Part shown: positions 8,893-16,888 of the stretch, piece after piece | How the letters are laid out: every line of letters begins with the position of its first letter | Numbering within the stretch: the first letter of the stretch is position 1 | Source: Selaginella moellendorffii | Lineage: Eukaryota; Plantae; Lycopodiophyta | DNA length: 16,888 nt | Direction: 5' to 3' | NCBI RefSeq assembly: GCF_000143415.4 | Contig: NW_003314281.1 | Span: 2,284,330 to 2,301,217, forward strand | Notes under the pieces: model-generated | What the model saw: only the letters and a program-made list of their open reading frames with translations | Databases searched by the model: none | Told to the model about the DNA's origin: nothing | Translations under genes and position numbers: made by a program

Positions 8893-10751
8893 TTACTCCT
8901 CATTGGCACACCACTAGCACAAATCCCTGAAGCTGGGTAATCTAGCAGTGTTCATGATAGGGAACTTGACAAATAGTCAGGAGCTGAAAGAGTTGCAAAC
9001 CTTTTTGACAACATGGTGGACAATTGCTTCTAAGAGACTTTTATGCAAACAAAGGAAAATGCAATTCACCAAACATTTAAGGCACTCAAATGGCTAGGCC
9101 CTTGTAACTTGATTAAAGAAATCCCTTTTTGCCATTTGCAACTGATGAATCTTGTGCACACAACATCCAAGTATGTAAACCCAAACATATATAGCCTATT
9201 CAAACAGAATGGCCTTGCAATGAATATTAGAATGTTTCTAGTTTTTTTTCTATAAGCTAGAAACAACAAAGATCATTACTATCACACTTGAGATTATGAA
9301 TAATTGGGATCCTATTTAGAAGAGGAAGTTCTTTGATTTTGATAACATGCTTATCAAACATTTTAAGACTCTACAACTTACAGGGACAATATTTCAAATT
9401 ATTGACAGTAGCCACCAATATAAGGCTTGGATGAAGTGTATTGATAATTAATTTTGTGATGATCCCGTCTACCATATCAATGTTCCAATCAGCCTTGTCT
9501 ACACAAAGGGACCTCTAGATGTTAATAGACTTATCTTAACCTGTCAAAAAATCAATGCATAAGTTCTATAATTTCACCTTCAACTCCACTTTAACTTGCT
9601 TTATCATGTTTAAATGCAAGTTTAGGCAGTTTATTGTTCAAAAGTAAAACCTTGTCTATGATATTGAGCAACTTTGTGTTTTGGCAGACTTGAGTGAGGA
9701 TGATATCTACCAATATTATGGTGATGATCTCACAACACTTGTTCAGCACTCGCATACTTGGAATGATGGTATAACATAGTTCAACAACTTAATCACTTTT
9801 ATACTCACTATATGGTGCAAAGTATGTCTTTCCCTTTCACTTTATAATGGCCTCTTTTTATTATTTTGGTTTCTAGCCTTTAGTGAAGACACTTATAAAT
9901 ATGCATATCTAGAAAAGAGTTGGGAATGGCTTTTGGTTGAGCTCGTATAAATTGAGCACAAAATTCAACATGCAAAGTTTTCAAAGTTGAAAAAACTAAT
10001 ATGTATTGCAGACAATTGCAAACCAAGGAGTGGTTAAAGACTATAGCCAAAATTTCTCATAAATGTAAAATTTTTATTATACTTTATTAATTATGCATAT
10101 ATTACTTTTGCAATGAACAAAACTCTAAATGACATGATTTAAAATATCGCAAAATCAAGGCTTCCTTACAAGTAACAAATAGAGACTTTGGAGTTCTTTA
10201 ATGTCTGACTGATGAACAGAAAGAAAATATGAGAATATGATGAAAAGGGTTGTCTACATCATACAAATTATAGGTAAAATGAGAAGTTCCTAGCACCACT
10301 TATTGGTAACAATCCAAATGGCACATTCATGTCCTTTGACACCTATGTTAACACATTATTGGAAGGGATCATAGAGGGGTGGTTGTTAGAGAAGTCTATA
10401 AGCATGACAACTTATGATTGCTAATATGGTCAATTTTATTTTATGTGATATACAATTTACAAATATAACGTGATTTCTAAGATCTTTCCTAAATAGATAT
10501 TGTTTATAGGTATCTTTGATATAGAGGCATGTCATTTGAGGCACTAATTTGCACTTGATTTGTTGCAAAAGGTGTAAAAGATGGAGAAATATCCTAACAA
10601 TGTTTACAAAAGTTCTAAAGGCACAAAAGATAGAATGCCTTTAAGAGTTAGAGCTCCTAGGGAATGAGTGTAGCGCACGTGGTTTTTACCCTTTATCCTA
10701 TGGTGATTTACCATAGGATAACACCACGAAGCGAAACCTAAACCCTTTTTG

Positions 10752-10803
10752 TGCCACGTGACAGATGCCACGTGTCACATGCCACGTGTCCATGCCACGT
10801 GTC
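10752..10803. promoter_or_regulatory. Cluster of four tandem G-box/ABRE elements (TGCCACGTG(T/A)C) within the LTR
   Basis: CACGTG at 10755, 10769, 10783 and 10796 (13-14 bp period), plus a fifth at 10676. Confidence 0.7.
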
Positions 10804-11102
10804 CACAGGAACCCGAGGTTCAGGGCCTTGGGCCACTGAACGAAGGAACGGTGCCAAACTCCCAAGTGTGAAGCCAAAGAGTGATGGAACCGAACCACAG
10901 AGCAACTCCTGAGCATAAAGCCCAGGGAGCGAAGGGACAGGAGCCCGGAGCGACTTGGAACAGTCCTGGAGCAACCAGCATCCCAATGCCAGGACCAGCA
11001 CGCAAAACGGAGCTAAACGGAGTCTGGCGCTATTTCGGCATACCGGTGGCCTAACGTGAGGATATGGGTACTCCACCAACTAGCATGGAATGGAACTTGG
11101 GT

Positions 11103-11232
11103 NNNNNNNNNNNNNNNNNNNNNNNNNNNNNNNNNNNNNNNNNNNNNNNNNNNNNNNNNNNNNNNNNNNNNNNNNNNNNNNNNNNNNNNNNNNNNNNNNN
11201 NNNNNNNNNNNNNNNNNNNNNNNNNNNNNNNN
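11103..11232. other. Assembly gap (130 N) inside the LTR insertion
   Basis: Run of N. Confidence 0.95.
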
Positions 11233-13401
11233 CCCCTTGAGGAACACACGCTTTGGGCTTTCACCTTAAGCCTCCCTTAGTATCAGGAGTTAGTCTCTGG
11301 GACAAACTCGAAACTTACTAAATATGGAATGTCCTTAGATTGCGAATTTGGACATGGGACGAACACCATTGTGTTCAGGACAATCTCTACATTCCGTAAA
11401 TATGCCAAATGAGCAAATCTGGACACTTTCCATAAATAGCATTTGGGACCGAAATGAGACCAACACAAAGGGCATGATAGCGAGGGTGTTTGGCAGACAC
11501 GGTAAGCTATCATTTAGCGAATATTGAGGGACCAATCTCAATATCGCGGGGGTTCCCAACACTAGCAAGTGCAAGTCAACGAATGAGTTTCTCTAACTAG
11601 GTCAAGTATGCTTGACTAATAGCACTTAGGAATTCCGTCCTTATGCCCATCTGGTCAAGTGCACACGCGAGGACCAGTTTCTCAACTAGCTTAGGCGGAG
11701 ACTGATAACGGGTCTAGCAATACCGACCTCCTGCCATCGTGGCAGTAAGGTAAGAGTGTCCGTAAGGACTAGCCGACAGGTAACTTTCGATATCTGAAGT
11801 CACATTCGCGACAATGAGACCTTTACATTAGACTAGAAGGAAGTTGTTAATGTTGGCAATGATAGGCAATGCAAGTGATGATGGAGAAGAAGATGAGGCA
11901 GATCTAGATCAAGCTCACATTCTACCACTAAATGGCCAAGATTAAGCTCCAATTCCACCATCAGACATTTAGGATTTGGATCAGGTTCCACCAGCAAATA
12001 ATGATGATTAAGTGGTTCACAGAATATCACATCGACCTCGAGGTAAGAAAAAGTGAATATTGCAAACCAAAGGTGGTAACACATGTTTTTTGCAGCAATG
12101 ATTATTGGTAGTAATTTCATTCCAACTTGATGAGATGCTCATAATAAGAAGTTAAAGGAACTCGCATCAACAGCACACCATATGACAATAGCATATTATT
12201 CATTACTTTTTTCATTCACTTAGCTCTTTTATAGGTCCATCCCATTTCACAACATGAATATAGATATATAGTGCCAGTTCAACTATTAGTGCCAAAAGAT
12301 ATAAAGGCCTTTGCTCTCAGTTGTGGACTTCATTCTCTTTGACTTTTCAGACAGTTTTTTAGATATTGATGGGAAAGTTGAGGACTAAAATTTTCTCACA
12401 CTTGACCACATATATGATATATTCTTTCTATCACAAGCACTTATGCTTGAAGTTAGCCATGTCGTCTTCATCCTACTAAACAATCTTAACCAGATGTTAG
12501 ATCCTATTAGTCTCGATACTAAGGGCATCCAAGGGAAGCTTGAAAAGGTGATTACATATTTTATATTTTATCTAATCTCTAAACATTCTTATTTTCCAGG
12601 TTATCATGCCTTTTGCCAAAACATATATGATGGGTTTTATGATAACAAGCATGCAGCATATGTTTTGTATGGGTACGACAACTAACATCATACCTAACCT
12701 TGTGGATGAGGAGATCCATAACACATTTACTGGGTATTGATTTTGAACTCCATTGGTGATGCAAATCTTGTTTAAACTTTTATTGCCCATCAGATGATGT
12801 TATGATTGATTGCATAGTAGGTAGTGATTCTATGGTGAAAGCAATATGTGATTCTAGTAGATCAATGTTTACTATTGAAGAACATTATTTCTTCAAACTC
12901 CGGCTCAGAGGATTTCATGAGTTGCCTCCAACCTCAAAGAGATAAATTATATACATTAAGATTTCAATACATATTTTATTCTATTTTATAGAACACAATC
13001 ACTTGAAGTTTCTAGAATCAAAAGCTTTGGAAGTCTCCCCGACTATGTAGAAGCTATGGCTCAACAAATGCAAGGTGAATCTTCCCCATAATACTAATAT
13101 AGGAAGAGGTATAAAGGAAATCAATATGTTGATGATAAGGTAAAAGAAAGTTAATTGCATCTTTACATGAAATGAAAAGCTTGTTATATATCAAATGTTT
13201 ATGAAAGTGTGTACCACTTGTGTGTTATCATCTTCTCCTTTAACATCTTGTAAACAATTGTATGTGATATAATAGCACCGTCTAGAACAAAGTATGTTAC
13301 CTACAATTAATATCATTTCGTTATATTTTTTTTCTTTTAAAAGAGACAATACTATAGTATAGTAAAGTAATTTTAGATCTTACATTCCACTGTAGACTGG
13401 C

Positions 13402-13662
13402 CTATTTTGTACTAGTTAATGCAATGTTTCTCAAGGGGATGTTATTTCTCACCATGAAGCGATAGTGGGTTCTATATCCACAAGTGTATATTTTCCAAAC
13501 CTGCCATTGAGCTACAATGCTTAAGAAAATTTTATAAACCCATAAAGCTATTTGTCTTGTCCAAAAAAAATAGCATATTAGACAAGCATTCTGTGTTTTC
13601 AAGTAGTCCCGCCATGTTAGGAGCAAGATCTTGCAAAAGTATGTAGCATTGACTAGAGGCAA
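13402..13662 (-). mobile_element. Possible decayed LINE ORF2 C-terminal remnant
   Basis: IVAQWQVWK...YRF loosely resembles the WxIWKxRNxxxF motif of plant L1 ORF2 ends; no other support. Confidence 0.25.
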
Positions 13663-14289
13663 TCCCTATCTAGTAACAAAATCTAGAATTTCATATATAG
13701 AGAGCTTTAGTTCAACTTCACTAGAGTTTATAATAGTGGAAGTATAATGGAGTGAAAGCACTTGAAGAGAGTTCATATTTTGGCATGTCATGCAGGGAGA
13801 GATGCCTTTTAAGCATACTTGACCTAGAGATCTAGAGAGAATAGGGAGAGAAAATAAAGATTTTTCTTTTTAATATTCCTATGGAGGCAATTTTTTAACT
13901 GTGTCCTATTTAGAGCTTTATAGGAGAGGAATTAGAGAGTGATTTTACTTCCATTTTCTTCCTTTGGTCTAGAGCTTTCTTAGGGGTCTAAGCACACTTT
14001 TTTTGGAGCAAAGAGTGGAGAGATCTGGTTAATTTTTTTGTGTTGTAGCTTCTTGCTCAACACCATCAACTTTTGGAGCCTAGATGTCAAATCTGTTTAA
14101 CATTTTTGAGTGCCTTAAAGTGGATTTGAAGCAATATGTCCTAAGATCATTTGGGCTGCCAAGAAATCAAGTTTCTAAAGGTTAGATTTTAGGGTTCCTT
14201 CCTCTTCCATAGCTCTTCTCTATGGTTTTGGATTTTGGATGTAAGTCTTCCATTGGCTCTCACAATATTACCAAAGTTCCAAGGAGATG

Positions 14290-14820
14290 GCTGAGAAGAT
14301 GCTCAAGTCCATGTCGACCAAACAAAGAGTTTTCAAGATCACAAATCCTTTGCCCCAAGCACAATATTTCCTCATCACAATGCATGAACTGAATGCTTTG
14401 TGTTGGGTGGTGGTGCATCCTCTTCACAGTAGCACCAAACTTAGCAGGATATGAAGGGGAAGCATGTAGGTAGTGATGTCAACTTAGTTAGCTTCTCCTC
14501 CGCTCCCAAGAACTTTTTGGATGAACACATTGATTGCAACAATGAGGGTGATGACTTTGTTAAGGGACAATGACTATGGCTTGGAGAGCTCTCGTGTAAG
14601 AACCCCAGCTTTCGAATGTTAGAGAAGGCTAGTTGGACTATAGGATCATATGGTCAAGGATGGCTCTATTCAGTTGAGGCTACCACAATTGTCGTCAAGG
14701 AGTTAGTACGAAAATGATCTACAACAAGTTTTGATATGTTGTGGAGTTTGTAGAGGTGAATCATGGCTCTCGACCTTTATTGGATAGTCAGGTGGATATA
14801 GTGACTTCGTTAAATGCTTC
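14290..14820 (+). mobile_element. Possible decayed retroelement (LINE ORF1-like) remnant
   Basis: Coding-like composition with stops; NPSFRMLEKASW...GWLYSVE is weakly reminiscent of plant L1 ORF1 N-terminal domains. Confidence 0.2.
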
Positions 14821-16439
14821 CTATGTTATGATGCATCAGTAAGCTCGTGAGAATGAAATGCTTGATCAATCGGTCCCAACACAAATGAAAGTGGCATACA
14901 AAAAATAGATTCCTCAATAGATCCTAGATTAGAACACAAAAGTAGTCTAATGCAGTTATCATTTGATAAACTAGTATAAAATAGAGTATAGGAACCACTA
15001 AGATCATAAAAGGTTAAAGTCATAGGATTAACCAATCAACAAAATTTAATAGTAAGTTTATTGTCAAGAAAACTCAATAAGAAAGTTTAACTATGAAAGA
15101 TTGTAGATAGCACATCAAACAACTTAAGAAAGATAGCTCAAAGAACATAAAATATTATTGACTGACAAGCAAAATGCTCATAAATATATCACTTAAAAAA
15201 ATAACATTTAAATCTATTAAAACTAACTGTAGTAACAATCAACAAAATAGAATGAATATTGCAAATTAAACAAATACTCATTCATGCTAACCATTATACC
15301 AGCCAATCCGAATAGATCTCAGTTAACTATACTAAGGAACTCAAGTTTGTTAAACAAGCGTAAACAACATTCAACTTATATCTCAAACCTAAGAAATTAA
15401 TCTAGAGCAAACTACAAAAAACATATGGTAATGAGAAAAGCTAAAAGCCATCAAAGAGAATAACTAATTATCATGAAACATCATCAATCATTCCATCAAT
15501 AGAGAGATGCATAATCATCATCAAAAAAAGAATCTACTAGGCATAATAGAGAGGGTGTCTTGGTAGACATGATAAACTATTATTTAGCAAATATTAAAGG
15601 ACCAAACTCAATATCATGTGATCCAATCTGACATATTTGGTTCTATATAAAACAAAATGCTCCAGAAGCAAACATGAAATTTCATAGCTGACTTAGATGG
15701 CCCTTGATAGAGATGATACAATTGCTAAAAAGTAGCACTATAATTGTCAACATATCCAAATACACACTTGAAAATGTTCAAAACAAGGCTCCAATCCACA
15801 CAAATAATTACACTCAAACTAGTGTACTATTGTAATGCCGTCCTTTAAAGTCATCATCTATATTTGTATGACACTAACAACATTGTGTCATCTATAATGT
15901 CTACTATTCTAGAATTAGTATATGGTATTATAGCCATACATAAATATTAAATGTATATTTGCTTTAGAAAATGAGAGAGTGTAAAGAATATACCTAGAAT
16001 ATTAAAGTATATTCTAGGATATTCCCTAATCTAACAGCTGTAATTTTCCACATTTAAACTTCCTCTAAATCATTTGTAATAAGTGCTTAATATTAATCAC
16101 TAATATAAATCATTCATATTAAGGTAGGTGGAACTTGTTGAACTTTGATTATCCTTAATAAACATATCTACTTCGAGTTCAATATTGTTTATAATATAGG
16201 CATTAAATCTGAATCATCCACTGGAGTTTGTACCAATGGAAAAAGTCCAAAACCTTCACATAATTGATCATGGGACTTCTTAAGATTTAAAATTACTGAT
16301 CATCACCTTTTTGTATAGTTATTCTTAATCAATGGATATGTTGGGATGTCCTTCATCCAAAACTTTAGAAATACTACCAATAATATTATTATTGTTAGGC
16401 TGGCATGGAAAACCTTGGATATAACTAAAAGCCACATTA

Positions 16440-16760
16440 ATGCATGACTAGAGTTTTATCTTGCTAATATGAAACTCTAAAGGCTTTTAGTAGCTAATAA
16501 GAATGTAACTACCCTTTTTATAAAAATCATTTTTGAGAGAGCACTTTGAAATCTGCAACCTTAGTTATAAAGCTAATATGCTTTTTGTGAAATGCATTTT
16601 TGAAATCTCATCAGTGTGGAACAATGAAATAACTTGCCCATTGAAGTGATTCCAACCTATGGCTGAAGAGTCCATCTACATCTTCATGAGTATGTCCAAC
16701 TATAAGAAAGCTTAAACTCACTGCTTCAATAATCTACTCAAACTCTAAATTCTCACATGA
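16440..16760 (-). pseudogene. Fragment of a Sola-like (GHTHEDxD-type) DDE/D transposase
   Basis: Minus strand reads IIEAVSLSFLIVGHTHEDVDGLFSH...FITKVADFK; GHTHEDVD at 16697-16674; stops on both sides. Confidence 0.7.
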
Positions 16761-16888
16761 TGCATGATTATGCAAAGGGCTTCAATTTTCTGTTGTAATA
16801 TTAATATAAGACTTATTAGTTTGTTGATATTCAATAAAATTATTCTTGTATTTCTAAATTATAAATATGTTTATAGTATAAATTTCCA

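Larger units (their letters stand above)
10669..11813. mobile_element. Young LTR retrotransposon insertion: solo LTR, or a full element collapsed in the internal gap
   Basis: Termini TGTAGCG...CGCGACA (TG...CA, 6/7 inverted match); perfect 5-bp TSD ATGAG at 10664-10668 and 11814-11818; abrupt rise in GC and CpG content; no PBS, PPT or gag/pol visible. Confidence 0.88.
8620..13153 (+). pseudogene. Decayed multi-exon gene: Pro-rich N-terminus + ParB/Srx-like domain + beta-class N4C/N6A DNA methyltransferase-like domain; ends approximate
   Basis: One frame from ATG 8620 through ORFs 8746 and 9043; FQIIDSSHQYKAW at 9392-9430 (ParB IIDGxHRxxA with two G>A changes); VVDFILFDFSD at 12320-12352 (motif IV position, cf. 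VDLIxTDPPY); later TPLVMQILFKL/YCPSDDVMIDCIVGSDSMVKAICDSSRSMFTIEEH at 12747-12885 (motifs X-I-II, cf. PGDxVLDPFxGSGTTxxAAxxxGRxxxGIE). Motif IV before motif I gives beta-class order. Short introns e.g. 9559-9619 (splice sites decayed), 9822-9876, 12548-12599; many stops and frameshifts. Confidence 0.78.

Noticed and set aside
8583-8917. Gly-rich (8583-8909, -) and His-rich (8651-8917, +) ORFs
   Set aside because: Alternative frames of the (CCA)n repeat; the Pro frame is continuous with the ParB-like region
10698-11574. Several 60-113 aa ORFs within the GC-rich insertion
   Set aside because: No gag/pol or other motifs; expected by chance in GC-rich LTR sequence and across N runs
2393-13398. 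AGTCTACAG (2393) / CTGTAGACT (13390) as terminal inverted repeats of the MULE-MTase element
   Set aside because: Only 9 bp, does not extend convincingly, and no TSD; expected by chance
14830-16400. AT-rich stretch as a gene or defined element
   Set aside because: No recognisable motifs, termini or repeats by eye

Overview
Eukaryotic, AT-rich, transposon-dense window. It is probably from a non-seed land plant with very short introns (44-65 bp GT-AG introns, tRNA-iMet-primed TRIMs, plant-type 5S sequence); this is an inference. From 5' to 3': (i) the 3' part of an apparently intact 5-exon gene for a Crinkler/CR-like NTPase + PD-(D/E)xK nuclease protein with a basic repeat tail (<1-1900, +); (ii) a heavily C>T/G>A-decayed, intron-containing Mutator-like (MULE) DDE transposase pseudogene with a GCM/WRKY-like zinc finger (~2380-6823, -), interrupted by a 5S-carrying Cassandra-like TRIM (3748-4404) and a second TRIM (5768-6160); (iii) a spacer with GA-rich repeats and a tandem array of ~84-bp palindromes (8178-8527); (iv) a divergently oriented, similarly decayed multi-exon pseudogene for a ParB/Srx-like domain fused to a beta-class (bacterial-type N4C/N6A) DNA amino-methyltransferase (~8620-13153, +), interrupted by a young G-box-rich LTR (10669-11813); (v) weak retroelement remnants and a Sola-like transposase fragment at the right end. 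The best candidate for a new system is the head-to-head MULE transposase / ParB-amino-MTase pair, which may be a DNA transposon carrying its own epigenetic writer. All protein assignments were made by eye from motifs and need HMM confirmation.
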